A DNA stretch of 64,000 nucleotides from Rhodobacterales bacterium (GCA_965219495.1 OZ244777.1:163923-227922), one strand, 5' to 3'; numbered from the stretch's first letter, positions 38,191 through 49,096 are shown. The notes: generated from the sequence alone by a model not told the origin. Program-made: numbers and translations.

Positions 38191-39495
38191 TCACTCGCTC
38201 CCAAATACCCGTTCGAAAATCGTGTCAATATGTCGATAGTGGTGAGCACGGTCGAAGCAAGCTTCTAGCTCCTGCTCGTTGAAATTTCTCCCGATCGCAG
38301 GGTCGGCGCGCAGGACCTCCAGGAATGGGGTGTTCTTCCGCAATGAGCGCATTGCGCAATCTTGCACGATTTCGTAGGCTCTTTCTCGTTTCATACCTTT
38401 CTGAGTCAAGAGCAAGAGCACCTGTTCCGAATAGACCAAACCGTGCAACCGATCGAGATTGGCCTCCATCGCTTCGGGCTTCACAACCAAGCTATCGATG
38501 ATTTGTTCAAGCCGCACGAGCGCAAAGTCGAGGGTGGCAGTGGCATCGGGCGCGATACCCCTTTCGACAGGAGAGTGCGACATGTCGCGTTCATGCCAGA
38601 GTGCGATGTTCTCCAGTGCCGGTATGACCGTCATTCGCACAAGCCTTGCAAGTCCGGTCAGGTTCTCGCTGAGTATCGGATTGCGCTTATGGGGCATTGC
38701 GCTCGAACCGCGCTGCCGTGGGCCGAAGTGCTCCGCCAATTCTCCTACTTCCGTGCGTTGCAGATGCCGAAATTCCGTGGCAAGTCGCTCAACAGAGGAT
38801 GCGATCAGCGCGAGTGCAGAAAAGTACGCCGCATGCCGGTCGCGCGGAATGATCTGACTGGAGATTGGTTCAACCATGAGGCCGAGCTTCCGGGCAACGT
38901 GCGCTTCGACAGCAGGGTCGACATTTGCGAAAGTGCCCACAGAGCCGGAAATGGCGCAAACGGCGATTTCCTTTCTGGCGTATTGCAGCCTCTTCCGGTT
39001 GCGGTCCATCTCGGCGTAGGCCTGAGCGAGTTTGAGTCCGAATGATGTCGGCTCGGCATGGATTCCATGAGAACGACCGATACATCCGGTGTACTTATGT
39101 TCGAACGCGCGCCGCCGGAGCGACGCCATGACCGCAGAAAGATCGTCGTCCAGAATATCGGCTGCTCGCGCCAACTGGATGCCAAGACATGTGTCGAGAA
39201 CATCCGAAGAGGTAAGACCCTGATGCAAGAACCTGGCTTCCGGTCCGACCAGTTCCGCCAGATGCGTCAGGAAAGCGATTAATTCATGTTGAACCTCGCG
39301 CTCGATCGCGTTGATCCGATCTTGATCGAATACGGCGTCTCGGGCATTCCAGACCGCTTTTGCGGCGGCCCGGGGAATGACTCCCAGTTGTGCCTGAGCA
39401 TCACAAGCGTGCGCTTCGATCTCGAAAAAAATTCGGTATCGGGTTTCCGGCGACCACAGCGCCGCCATTTCCTTACGAGTGTAACGGGGATTCAT
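38191..39495 (-). CDS. purB: Adenylosuccinate lyase
   Basis: GLTSSDVLDT, GRSHGIHAEP and GSSAMPHKRNP. Confidence 0.97.
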   Translation of the reverse strand: MNPRYTRKEMAALWSPETRYRIFFEIEAHACDAQAQLGVIPRAAAKAVWNARDAVFDQDRINAIEREVQHELIAFLTHLAELVGPEARFLHQGLTSSDVLDTCLGIQLARAADILDDDLSAVMASLRRRAFEHKYTGCIGRSHGIHAEPTSFGLKLAQAYAEMDRNRKRLQYARKEIAVCAISGSVGTFANVDPAVEAHVARKLGLMVEPISSQIIPRDRHAAYFSALALIASSVERLATEFRHLQRTEVGELAEHFGPRQRGSSAMPHKRNPILSENLTGLARLVRMTVIPALENIALWHERDMSHSPVERGIAPDATATLDFALVRLEQIIDSLVVKPEAMEANLDRLHGLVYSEQVLLLLTQKGMKRERAYEIVQDCAMRSLRKNTPFLEVLRADPAIGRNFNEQELEACFDRAHHYRHIDTIFERVFGSE

Positions 39496-39658
39496 TCTGG
39501 GACAGTCCCGCTGAAGAAGAACTCTCGATGGAACAAGACCTCATGCCCATAAGCGCACCGGCTGAAATCCGAAAAGTTGATGGTCTCGCTGCGAACAAGC
39601 GGTACCCGACATTCCTTGCTCCGAACGCGATACCAAACCTGCCTGACCCCGCCGTTGC

Positions 39659-42328
39659 CTAGAAATTCAGCGAAATATCCCGATGCGACGACAAGCAGGC
39701 TGCGACGGTGGTTGCTTGACTCCGCGTGAGTCTTGGCTGCTTGCGCAGGCCAATGGTGTATCGGATAGACTGCTCGAAGGCGGCGAGGTCGTCGGCTAGA
39801 GACCTGCTGGCCTGGAGACGCCACTCCGCTTCATGCGTATGCAGTTTAATCGCCTCTCCAATTAATTCCATCGCTTTGTCTCTGTCGTCATTTCTTGTGA
39901 GCGCGCGGCGCGCTTTCGTGAGCAGGGATCGAATGTCTCCCGACTCGGCGACCGGGTAGAGTTCGCGTTCAAACTTCCTCAAAGCATCAATTGCAACCTT
40001 TCCTTCGGCATCATGCACGGTGGTGAAGAGCGCCGCAAATCCGTCGGTAAGTGCATGAAGAGCCGGCGCGGATGCCAAAGTGGCCCGGAGGATCGCTATC
40101 GTTTCATAAGCCTCGTCGACGTTGCGCCGGTATGTGAGTCGGGCTTTCTTTTCGTCGCCTGCAAGAGTTACGTACTGCTTGCGGGCATCCTCCCATTCCT
40201 CGGGAATCGTGGTTGCAAGCGCTGCCTTTTGCTCCTGAAGTCTGGCCAAGGAACCTTGCGCCGCGAGACCGGCCTCACTCTCGCTTTCCCCACTTCTACG
40301 GAGCCGCCTGAGCGAATTCTCAATTTCCTTGATTTCTACATCGATGTCTCGGATCTCTGCCTGAATGCGCCGGACGCTGTGATGCAGCGGACGATACTCT
40401 GGAACGTACGCCGCGACAGCACTTGATGCGTCGCGCACTTGGGCAATCAGTTGGAATGTCCGGGCCGCCGCTTCAATACTGTTGGCAAATCCTTCGCGTT
40501 GGTCTGCGGGCAAAGCGTCAAGGTCCATAGAACCTGCGGAACCAATGCTGGCTTTCAGTTGTTCTTCTTGCTCGGCATAGACTTCGAACAACTCTTCTTC
40601 AATACAGTGCTGCAACCGTGGATTGATCGGCGGAGGAGCAGTCTCGGCGAGAAGTGTCGTTCGGTACGGGAGATAGTTTACAAGGGCAGGAAAAATGCCG
40701 ACGATTACCAACGCAGTTAATTGCAGGAGAATAAATGCGATCACGCCTCGATATATCTCGATGGTCCTCACCGCCTGGGTTGCTACGCCACGTAAGTAAA
40801 ACAGCGCAAATCCGAAAGGTGGGGTCAAGAATGAAGTCTGAATGTTGACGCCGATCATTACTCCAAGCCAGACCGCAGTTACATTCGCAGAAGGGTCGGA
40901 CAGGAGAATTGGTGCTACGATCGGAACGACAACAACGGCGATTTCAATGAAATCGAGAAAGAAACCGAGAACGAATATCACCGCCATTACGACAATCATC
41001 TGCGACCAAAACCCACCCGGAAGTCCTGTGAGGAATTCCCTCACAAGAACTTCTCCGCCAAAGCTCCGGAAGGCTGCGGTCAACATCGCGGCGCCCAACA
41101 GGATGATGAAGACCATCGAGGTGGTTTTCGCGGTATCAAGCATGACGCTACCGAGCGTGTCCTCGATCTTGAAAGTTCGCCATGCGCTCCAGAGAAAGGC
41201 GGCGACTAGTCCTGCTGTCGCGATCGTTGCCAGGACAATGCCGAGAGCATCGTGTCCATCGCGGATGTTCTTCACGTTCAGTTCGAAGTAGTTGAGCAGG
41301 ATCAAGAGGGAGGCTACGGATGCCGCTGCGAGAAACGCGGGCCAGTAGGCGGCTCGCTGACCCGCCGCGAGGCGGTACCCGGCCATGATCGTCGCTCCCA
41401 CCGCGCCAATGGCGCCCGCCTGATTGACGGTGGCAATTCCGAGGATGATGGAGCCGAGAACGGCGAGAATCAGGGTAAGTGGCGGTACCAGCGCGAGCAA
41501 GACGCGCAGCGCAAATTGTCGGTCGTACTTTCCTTCGTAGGGAACCGGAGGTGCGAGTTGTGGACGCAGGAGAGCGGCGCAGAGAATGTAGAGCACGTAT
41601 AGGCTAACGAGCACAAGGCCGGGCAGAAAAGCGCCCAGAAACATGTCGCCTGCACTTGTTGAAGTAACGTCGAACTCGGACGGCATATTGAATTCGCCGG
41701 TGCCGTGCTTGTATTCAGTCTTCCGCAAGGTGCTGGCTTGATCCGTAGCACTCGCAAGCTGGTCGGCGAGAATAATCAGCACGATCGAAGGCGGAATGAT
41801 CTGTCCGAGGGTGCCGGAAGCGCAAATCGTGCCGGCCGCCAGTTGCTTCGAGTAATTGTTCCGAAGCATCGCCGGGAGCGAAATCAACCCCATTGCCACC
41901 ACTGTGGCGCCAACGATGCCCGTTGTAGCCGCCAGCAGCGCGCCGACCAAAACCACCGATATGCCCAGCCCACCAGGAACCGGTCCGAAGAGTTGAGCCA
42001 TGGTTACAAGAAGGTCTTCCGCAATCTTCGAACGCTGGAGCATGATTCCCATGAAGACAAACAGCGGAATTGCAATCAGCGTATCTCGCTCGACTTCCCA
42101 ATAGACCCCGCGAAAGTTTGTAACTCCGGCGGTCAACCACTGGACCGGTCCGTCCTGATGGAAGAATGCGGATACATCGCCCAGAAATGTGAACCCGGCC
42201 AAAGAGGCGAGGGCGATCGTGACGATAGCGGAGCCAGGCAACGCAAATGCCACCGGGAAACCCATGGCGAGGGCTGCCGCCATGGTGAGGACTAGCAGAC
42301 CAACGAAAAACAATTCCATGCCAGGCAA
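39659..42328 (-). CDS. TRAP transporter large permease (DctM) with a long C-terminal helical extension
   Basis: ASGTLGQIIPPSIVL, GDMFLGAFLPG, FFLDFIEI and TSFLTPPFGFALFYL, then about 330 hydrophilic residues; TTG start with upstream AAGGA. Confidence 0.9.
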   Translation of the reverse strand: MPGMELFFVGLLVLTMAAALAMGFPVAFALPGSAIVTIALASLAGFTFLGDVSAFFHQDGPVQWLTAGVTNFRGVYWEVERDTLIAIPLFVFMGIMLQRSKIAEDLLVTMAQLFGPVPGGLGISVVLVGALLAATTGIVGATVVAMGLISLPAMLRNNYSKQLAAGTICASGTLGQIIPPSIVLIILADQLASATDQASTLRKTEYKHGTGEFNMPSEFDVTSTSAGDMFLGAFLPGLVLVSLYVLYILCAALLRPQLAPPVPYEGKYDRQFALRVLLALVPPLTLILAVLGSIILGIATVNQAGAIGAVGATIMAGYRLAAGQRAAYWPAFLAAASVASLLILLNYFELNVKNIRDGHDALGIVLATIATAGLVAAFLWSAWRTFKIEDTLGSVMLDTAKTTSMVFIILLGAAMLTAAFRSFGGEVLVREFLTGLPGGFWSQMIVVMAVIFVLGFFLDFIEIAVVVVPIVAPILLSDPSANVTAVWLGVMIGVNIQTSFLTPPFGFALFYLRGVATQAVRTIEIYRGVIAFILLQLTALVIVGIFPALVNYLPYRTTLLAETAPPPINPRLQHCIEEELFEVYAEQEEQLKASIGSAGSMDLDALPADQREGFANSIEAAARTFQLIAQVRDASSAVAAYVPEYRPLHHSVRRIQAEIRDIDVEIKEIENSLRRLRRSGESESEAGLAAQGSLARLQEQKAALATTIPEEWEDARKQYVTLAGDEKKARLTYRRNVDEAYETIAILRATLASAPALHALTDGFAALFTTVHDAEGKVAIDALRKFERELYPVAESGDIRSLLTKARRALTRNDDRDKAMELIGEAIKLHTHEAEWRLQASRSLADDLAAFEQSIRYTIGLRKQPRLTRSQATTVAACLSSHRDISLNF

Positions 42329-42340
42329 GGAGAATTGTCC

Positions 42341-43339
42341 TTAGTGCGCCGGAGATTCAGTTCGTTTTGGAATCGTGGCGGGTTTACCGTGGAGCTCGGC
42401 CGCGGCATCCAAGAAATAAGCGGAGAACTGAACGAGCATCGAAAAGGCGAAAACGCCCAAGAATCCCGCCATCAAGTACTTCACGTACAAGCCAAATCCG
42501 CTCTGGGTCGTCTCAAACGCAAGAATTGGGCTGGCAATAATCGAAGCCTTGTCCGCCAGACCGAGGGAAAGGATCACTACGCAGAGCGGAATTCCGAGCA
42601 CAAGAGATCCAATACAATTTGTCCAAGCCTTTCTGCGGTCAGAGAAGCCAGCATACAAGACATCTACTCGAACATGCCCTTCTTCCGCCAGTGTTTCGGC
42701 GCTCGCAAATAGGAAGAGTGCCGCATACCAGAATCGCACAAGATCTCCCATGAACGCCTGTTCATATGAAAAGACAAACCGGCCAAGCACGATTCCGAAT
42801 TCGGCGACAACCACCAATAGCGCGAGCCAGGTAAACCCGAGCGTACGCGAGCGAAGCGCGATAACGAGGGAAAGCGCCATCAGGGGGAAGTGAACATAGT
42901 GACCGCGCCAGTTTGATATTCCGACACGCTTCGCCATTTCCTCGCTGACGATAAAGGGAAGAAAGCCCTCGACGCGGACGAATGAAATGATCATGTCGGC
43001 GAGACCGACGATCAGTACGACCCAGAAGGCAGCGCGAATGACAAAGCGGCATAACTTGGAGAGTCGCCTGGCGTCAGTTCTCAGTGTGTTGTGGGAGTCT
43101 CTCAGGACGAAGAGTACGACTCCGAGAATCGATGCTGGATAGAGCGCGAGTTGAAGCCATCCAAGTATTTTGGCTTCGCCACCGAGCGGGCTGGCGCCAC
43201 CTGGCCAGCCAAGTCCGAACGTGAGGTAGGTATCGACAAGGAACGCGACAGTAAGCCCGACGATTCCGAGCCCAACCATGCGAATGTATTGATCCGTGCC
43301 TGTTGGCTGGAAAGAAGAAGATGGTACGGCTTCTTGCAT
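42341..43339 (-). CDS. TRAP transporter small permease (DctQ), extended N-terminus
   Basis: FSYEQAFMGDLVRFWYAALFLF and EEGHVRVDVLY; start estimated. Confidence 0.88.
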   Translation of the reverse strand: MQEAVPSSSFQPTGTDQYIRMVGLGIVGLTVAFLVDTYLTFGLGWPGGASPLGGEAKILGWLQLALYPASILGVVLFVLRDSHNTLRTDARRLSKLCRFVIRAAFWVVLIVGLADMIISFVRVEGFLPFIVSEEMAKRVGISNWRGHYVHFPLMALSLVIALRSRTLGFTWLALLVVVAEFGIVLGRFVFSYEQAFMGDLVRFWYAALFLFASAETLAEEGHVRVDVLYAGFSDRRKAWTNCIGSLVLGIPLCVVILSLGLADKASIIASPILAFETTQSGFGLYVKYLMAGFLGVFAFSMLVQFSAYFLDAAAELHGKPATIPKRTESPAH

Positions 43340-43444
43340 GTTGGCGGCCACGGCTTTGCACCGATACGGCGGAGCCAAATGGCTCCGCCGTAAGAATTTC
43401 GTGTAATCGATCCTACCGTCCAAGACGGCAGAACGGATCCGGAA

Positions 43445-44527
43445 TCAGACGCCGAGCGCCCGATTGCGCTGCGCCACGTAGGCCTGATCCGCAATGTTGG
43501 TCCAGCCGCCCACTTCCTCGCGAGCTTTTGCAAAGCTCTCGTGGATGCGATTTGCCAGATCGCTATGTGCGCGAGCCCCTTCGAACACTTCTTCCGCTGC
43601 GCTCCCGAATGCATCGTAGACGTCGTCATTGAACTCGCGGAGTTGCACGCCCTGGTCGCGAATCAGCGCAGCGAGCGCCGCACCATTCTTGGCGTTGTAC
43701 TCCGACATCATGACATCATTTTCCATCGCAGCAGCGGCCTCGATGAGAAGCTGGTCGGATTGGGTGAGAGATCCCCAGAAGGAGGCGTTCATGCCGAGCG
43801 CAAGCATTGAACCGGGCTCGTGCATACCTGGATAATAGTAATACTTGGCCGCTTCATAAAACTTCATGAACTGGTCATTCCAGGGACCAACCCATTCGGT
43901 AGCATCGATCGCCCCGGAAACCAGGTTCTCGTAGATCTGTCCCCCAGGCAGCGACACTGGCGATGCGCCAAGCTTGGCCATCACATCCCCTCCCAATCCG
44001 GGCATGCGCATTTTAAGGCCCTTGAGATCGTCGGCGCTATTGATCTCCTTGTTGAACCATCCTCCCATCTGGACCCCGGTGTTTCCGCACATGACTCCCT
44101 TGAGGCCGAAATCACCTGCGAGTTCGTCCCAGAGTTCCTGCCCGCCTCCAAAACGAATCCATGCGTTCATTTCGGTGTAGGTGAGCCCGAAAGGCACCGA
44201 GGTGAAATAGGCCCAGCCTGGATGTTTACCCTTCCAGTAGTAATCCGCAGCATGGTACGCCTGGGCGTTACCCGACGAGACTTCATCGAAGGAATCAAAC
44301 GCGCCAACACGCTCATTTGCCGCAAAATATTCGACCTGAATGCGGCCATCGCTCATGTCCGCGACACGCTGCGCAAATCTCTGCGCACCTGTGCCCAGGC
44401 CCGGAAAATCGCGCGGCCAGGTCGTAACCATGGTGAACGCGATACGATCCTGCGCCACTGCTGGCGCCGCCAGCGCCGTTGCCGTGCCGGCAGCTGCGCC
44501 GCCAGCGAGAAATTCACGTCTCTTCAT
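43445..44527 (-). CDS. TRAP substrate-binding protein (DctP/TakP-like) with a Tat-like leader
   Basis: MKRREFLAGG, VTTWP, GNTGVQMGGWF, LKGLKMRMPG and DATEWVGP. Confidence 0.93.
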   Translation of the reverse strand: MKRREFLAGGAAAGTATALAAPAVAQDRIAFTMVTTWPRDFPGLGTGAQRFAQRVADMSDGRIQVEYFAANERVGAFDSFDEVSSGNAQAYHAADYYWKGKHPGWAYFTSVPFGLTYTEMNAWIRFGGGQELWDELAGDFGLKGVMCGNTGVQMGGWFNKEINSADDLKGLKMRMPGLGGDVMAKLGASPVSLPGGQIYENLVSGAIDATEWVGPWNDQFMKFYEAAKYYYYPGMHEPGSMLALGMNASFWGSLTQSDQLLIEAAAAMENDVMMSEYNAKNGAALAALIRDQGVQLREFNDDVYDAFGSAAEEVFEGARAHSDLANRIHESFAKAREEVGGWTNIADQAYVAQRNRALGV

Positions 44528-44879
44528 ACTTGTTTCTCCCATGGATTCGCCGCCGCTTAACCACCGATCCACAACGACTGGCCTAGCGGCATGCAAACGC
44601 AGTCAGTATCGCGCAGGGTATGGCGAAATTTGGCGGTTGGCAAGTTGTTGTGAACGGATAGCAGACCGCGCTCCGCCGGTCGGTTGCCGGGGGGTCCATC
44701 GGCGGTCGGACTGACCGAGTGCACTCCCGGTTCCCATCGATGCGTCGGCGGCACTGGTTTCATCGGCAACAGTGTCCGGAAAGCCGTTGTGTGTAGGCTC
44801 TTGTTACGGAAATTCCAACCTGCACTTGGCGAATCGAAGTCAGAGCAGCATAACGGACTGCAAACGGTGGGAGGAACAG

Positions 44880-47800
44880 ATGTCGAGTTCGTCGACCGGA
44901 AAACCGTTTGTTCACCTTCGAAACTGCACTGCATACTCTCCGCTGGAGGGTGCGATTTCAGTTTCGAGCCTAATCGAACTGTGTCGAGAGCAACGTGCGC
45001 CCGCAGTGGGAATTGCGGATTCCAACAACTTGTTTGGTGCGCTCGAGTTTTCACTGTCGGCTGCGCGAGCAGGCATCCAACCCATCATTGGAAGCACGAT
45101 TGGTTTCGAGATTGAGGCGGACTCACAGGACCGGCATCGAGGGCACGCGACACGCTATCCCCCGCTGGTCCTGTTTGCGCAAACGGAAGAGGGGTATGGA
45201 AACCTTCTTCGGCTAGTTTCCGATCTGTACCTCGATTCGGACGGTTATCACCCACGGGTTCGAATGGAGAAGCTTCGAAGTCTCAACGCAGGATTGATTT
45301 GTCTCACGGGCGGGGCTTACGGCCCGGTCGGAAGCTTGTTGCGCGATGGCCGGCAACAATTGGCGGCGAGTCTGGTCCGAGAGCTCGCCCGGATCTTCCA
45401 CTCAAGGCTGTACATGGAAATCCAGCGCCACGGAATCGGAGATCAACCGGCGACCGCAACGGAGCGGTCCACCGAGAAGGCATTTCTCGGGTTGGCGTAC
45501 GAAGAGAGACTGCCATTGGTCGCGACCAATGAGTCGTATTTTCCGGAGCGGGATTTTTACGAGGCGCACCAGGTCCTGCTCGCCATTCGCCCGGGCTCAA
45601 GCGGTCACGCACTGGATGAGGAAAAATTTACAACAGAGCACTATTTCAAACCTGCAATGGAAATGCGTGCGCTGTTCGATGATTTGCCTGAAGCCATTGC
45701 CAATACGCTCGACATTGCGCGCCGGTGTTCTTTCCGGCCTACGGAAAAAGCGCCCAACCTGCCGCGATTCGCCGAAAATGAAGTGGAAGAGTTGCGGGAA
45801 ATCGCGAGTCGCGGGTTGAAGGATCGGTTGCAGGAAATCGTTCCGGCCGAGGAACCCAGCGCCTATGAGGAACGGCTTGCATACGAGCTTGATGTCATCG
45901 AGAGCATGCAATATTCGGGATATTTTCTGATCGTCGCGGATTTCGTGAACTGGGCTCGCAAGAACGAGGTTCCCGTCGGACCGGGGCGCGGCTCCGGTGC
46001 GGGTTCACTGGTCGCCTTTGCCCTGCGAATTACGAATCTGGATCCGATCCGATACGGGTTGTTGTTCGAACGGTTCCTGAACCCGGAACGAATATCCATG
46101 CCGGACTTCGATATCGACTTCTGCGAAGATCGCCGGGACGAAGTTCTTGGGTATGTTCGCGACCGCTACGGAGCGGACCGGGTCGCCAAGATCATTACAT
46201 TCGGATCCTTGCAGGCGCGCGCCGCAATCCGGGATGTCGGCAGGGCGCTGGGCGTTCCTTACGGGCAGACGGACCGGATTGCAAAACTGATTCCCGTGAA
46301 TCCCACACAGCCGATCACCCTTGGCAAAGCCTACAAGATGGTGCCGGAGTTCCGCCAGGAAATTGAATCTGAAGAGCAGACGCGCCGAATGTATGAAATC
46401 GCCGTGCGGCTCGAAGGCTTGTACCGCAATGTCTCGATTCATGCGGCCGGCATAGTGATCGGCGACCGTCCGCTGGTTGAGACTGTCCCCCTCTACAAGG
46501 ACCGGCGTTCGGAGTTTCCGGCTACCCAATTCACCATGGCCTGGGCCGAAGCCTCGGGACTGGTGAAGTTCGACTTCCTGGGTCTCAAGACCCTGACAGC
46601 TTTGCAGGAGGCGGTGGGCTTCTTGCGGGAGCGCGATATCGAACTGGATATCTCGGCGATTCCCTTGGATGACAGCAAGACATTCGAATTGTACAGCCGC
46701 GCGGAAACAGTCGGCGTTTTTCAGGTCGAAGGAGAAGGAATGCGGGATGCGCTCCGGCGCCTGTGTCCGGACCGATTTGAGGACATCATTGCCATGGTCG
46801 CGCTCTATCGCCCGGGGCCAATGGACAACATTCCGAAATTCTGTGCGATCAAGTCCGGCCACGAAGATCCGGAACGCTACCATCCAAAGATCGAGCCAAT
46901 CCTTCGGGAAACCTACGGCATCATTGTTTATCAGGAACAGGTGATGGAGATTGCGAAGGTTCTCGCCGGGTACGAACTCGGGCAGGCGGATATCTTGCGG
47001 CGGGCCATGGGAAAGAAAAAGGCCGACGAAATGCGGGCGCAGAAGGAAAACTTTCTGAATGGCCTCTCCAAGAACAGCGGCATGGATTCCGAACAAGCCG
47101 AGCGAATCTATGAACTCGTGGCAAAATTTGCCGACTACGGATTTAACAAGTCCCACGCAGCCGCCTATGCGCTCGTGAGTTATCAAACTGCCTACATGAA
47201 AGCCAATTATCCGGTTGAGTTTTTCGCGGTCGTAATGAATTCGGAAATCTCCGGACAGGACCAGGACCGGAAACTCGCTGCGTTTCGCGATGACGCGGTT
47301 CGAGTGGGAATCGAAGTCTTGGCACCCTGCGTAAATCGTTCATTCGCCCGTTTTGTGCCCCGGAATGGTTCCATTCCTTACGCGCTCGGGGCCATCAAGG
47401 GGGTGAGTGCGGTTGCTGTTCGGTCTGTGGAGGCCGCCCGGATGCAGGGCGGAGAATTCTTGAGCATCGGCGACTTCGTGAGGAGAGTAGATCTTGCGGC
47501 GATCGGCAAGGGCGCGTTGGAAAGCCTGATACGCGCGGGCGCCTTTGATTCCTTGCGATCGAACCGACAGATGCTGCTGAAATCCTTACCGGACCTGATG
47601 CGGTATTCGCAGGACTATCAACAAGAATTGGAACGGCGGGAGGCTACCCTATTCGATAAGGACCAGCTTGAAATTCCGGATCCGATACTCCAGGAGTCGG
47701 AGGATTTCCCACCCAACGAACGGTATGAGGAGGAACGTAAGGCAGTTGGCTTCCTGATCTCCGGGCATCCGTTGGACATGTTCGAAAATGTCCTGCGTTT

Positions 47801-48386
47801 CCGGGGAATTGATTATTGCTCGGCAATACGCGGCCGGGAGAAAGACGGTTCGGAATCGTTTGCGGCCGGGATGATTGCGTCAGTAGACCGTCGGCGTTCA
47901 CAACGCGGCAATTCGTACGCCAGAATTGTCGTTTCGGACCCACATGGTAGTGAGACCGTTATGGTGTTCGCAGATGCGTTGCGGCGGGTTGGCGATGTTC
48001 TCGTTCCGGGCGCCGCGGTGATGCTCGTGGTCGGAACCGACGAGAATCAGCGGGGAAGGAGCCTGATTTGCCGTCGTGCCGAACCGCTTGAACAAGCTCT
48101 GGCGAAGATTTCGCGAAGAAATCCCGGCGTCATGCGTATCACCATGAGCGGCGCTGAGGCTGCGGAAGGTATTCGACAAGTGCTGCATCCTTTGAAATCC
48201 TCTGGAAATGGGGCTGAACTTGGAATGTCGGTACAGTTGGTCCTGGAACTTCCCGGGAAAGCGTGCCGGGTCGAAATGGCGCTGGACGGATCGTACATGC
48301 TGACGCTTGCGGTGGAGAAAGAGATCCGGGGAACCAGCGGTGTCCGGTCCGTGCAAAGGCTCACCGCTGAGCAGTTTCGTCAATGA
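44880..48386 (+). CDS. dnaE: DNA polymerase III alpha subunit
   Basis: PHP domain, GPGRGSGAGS, RISMPDFDIDF, HAAGIVI, KFDFLGLKTL and YGFNKSHAAAY. Confidence 0.97.
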   Translation: MSSSSTGKPFVHLRNCTAYSPLEGAISVSSLIELCREQRAPAVGIADSNNLFGALEFSLSAARAGIQPIIGSTIGFEIEADSQDRHRGHATRYPPLVLFAQTEEGYGNLLRLVSDLYLDSDGYHPRVRMEKLRSLNAGLICLTGGAYGPVGSLLRDGRQQLAASLVRELARIFHSRLYMEIQRHGIGDQPATATERSTEKAFLGLAYEERLPLVATNESYFPERDFYEAHQVLLAIRPGSSGHALDEEKFTTEHYFKPAMEMRALFDDLPEAIANTLDIARRCSFRPTEKAPNLPRFAENEVEELREIASRGLKDRLQEIVPAEEPSAYEERLAYELDVIESMQYSGYFLIVADFVNWARKNEVPVGPGRGSGAGSLVAFALRITNLDPIRYGLLFERFLNPERISMPDFDIDFCEDRRDEVLGYVRDRYGADRVAKIITFGSLQARAAIRDVGRALGVPYGQTDRIAKLIPVNPTQPITLGKAYKMVPEFRQEIESEEQTRRMYEIAVRLEGLYRNVSIHAAGIVIGDRPLVETVPLYKDRRSEFPATQFTMAWAEASGLVKFDFLGLKTLTALQEAVGFLRERDIELDISAIPLDDSKTFELYSRAETVGVFQVEGEGMRDALRRLCPDRFEDIIAMVALYRPGPMDNIPKFCAIKSGHEDPERYHPKIEPILRETYGIIVYQEQVMEIAKVLAGYELGQADILRRAMGKKKADEMRAQKENFLNGLSKNSGMDSEQAERIYELVAKFADYGFNKSHAAAYALVSYQTAYMKANYPVEFFAVVMNSEISGQDQDRKLAAFRDDAVRVGIEVLAPCVNRSFARFVPRNGSIPYALGAIKGVSAVAVRSVEAARMQGGEFLSIGDFVRRVDLAAIGKGALESLIRAGAFDSLRSNRQMLLKSLPDLMRYSQDYQQELERREATLFDKDQLEIPDPILQESEDFPPNERYEEERKAVGFLISGHPLDMFENVLRFRGIDYCSAIRGREKDGSESFAAGMIASVDRRRSQRGNSYARIVVSDPHGSETVMVFADALRRVGDVLVPGAAVMLVVGTDENQRGRSLICRRAEPLEQALAKISRRNPGVMRITMSGAEAAEGIRQVLHPLKSSGNGAELGMSVQLVLELPGKACRVEMALDGSYMLTLAVEKEIRGTSGVRSVQRLTAEQFRQ

Positions 48387-48790
48387 TCGGCCAGCTCAAC
48401 CACGTCGCAATTGCGGTTCCGAATTTGGAGACGGCCGTCCTGCGATATCGCGAGGTTCTTGGAGCCAAGGTGTCGCCTCCTCGGGAGGAACCGGCCCACG
48501 GCGTCCGAATCGTATTCGTCGAGCTTCCCAATACCAAAATCGAGCTCATGGAACCGCTGGGAGAGAATTCTTCGATCGCCAAATTTCTCGATCGCAATCC
48601 GGCCGGCGGAATCCATCATATCTGTTACGAAGTCAAGGACATTCGATCTTCGGCAAGACGTTTGCGCGAGGCGGGTCTGCGTATTCTCGGTTCGAGTGAA
48701 CCGGCAGTCGGCGCACATGGCAATCCGGTCTTGTTCCTGCATCCCAAGGAATTTGACGGAGCGCTGATCGAATTGGAAGAGGCGCAGTAG
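48383..48790 (+). CDS. mce: Methylmalonyl-CoA epimerase
   Basis: LNHVAIAVP, KIELMEPLG, GGIHHICYEV and GAHGNPVLFLHPK. Confidence 0.95.
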   Translation: MIGQLNHVAIAVPNLETAVLRYREVLGAKVSPPREEPAHGVRIVFVELPNTKIELMEPLGENSSIAKFLDRNPAGGIHHICYEVKDIRSSARRLREAGLRILGSSEPAVGAHGNPVLFLHPKEFDGALIELEEAQ

Positions 48791-48814
48791 GGGCGGCAGG
48801 GGAGCGATTGTCTC

Positions 48815-49096
48815 TTGAGTATTTCAGGTTCCTTGGTTCTGTTCGCAATATTCTGGTTCTTGGGTTTCTTCTGCGTGCTACCGATCGGGATCCGTACACA
48901 GTCGGAAGCTGATGAACTGGTGCCAGGCACGCCTGAGAGTGCGCCAACCAATCCGGATCTAGGTTGGAAAATCGTGGCTGCGACGGGCATCGCATGCCTG
49001 CTCTTGGCCGTCACGGCATGTATCATCGAGTTTGAACTGATCACGATCAAGGATATCCAGCAGACCTTCGAACGACTGGGTCGAAATCGTTCTTGA
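48815..49096 (+). CDS. DUF1467 family membrane protein
   Basis: MSISGSLVLFAIFWF...LPIGIRTQSE...VPGTPESAP; usual position after mce. Confidence 0.85.
   Translation: MSISGSLVLFAIFWFLGFFCVLPIGIRTQSEADELVPGTPESAPTNPDLGWKIVAATGIACLLLAVTACIIEFELITIKDIQQTFERLGRNRS

Noticed and set aside
46005-47186. 393-aa minus-strand ORF, and similar long antisense ORFs at 58752-59360 and 60440-61384
   Set aside because: Shadows of dnaE, ilvC and ilvB, caused by stop-poor antisense frames in GC-rich genes.
44880-48386. Intein in dnaE
   Set aside because: Normal length (1168 aa) with continuous polymerase motifs and no C/S...HN insertion.
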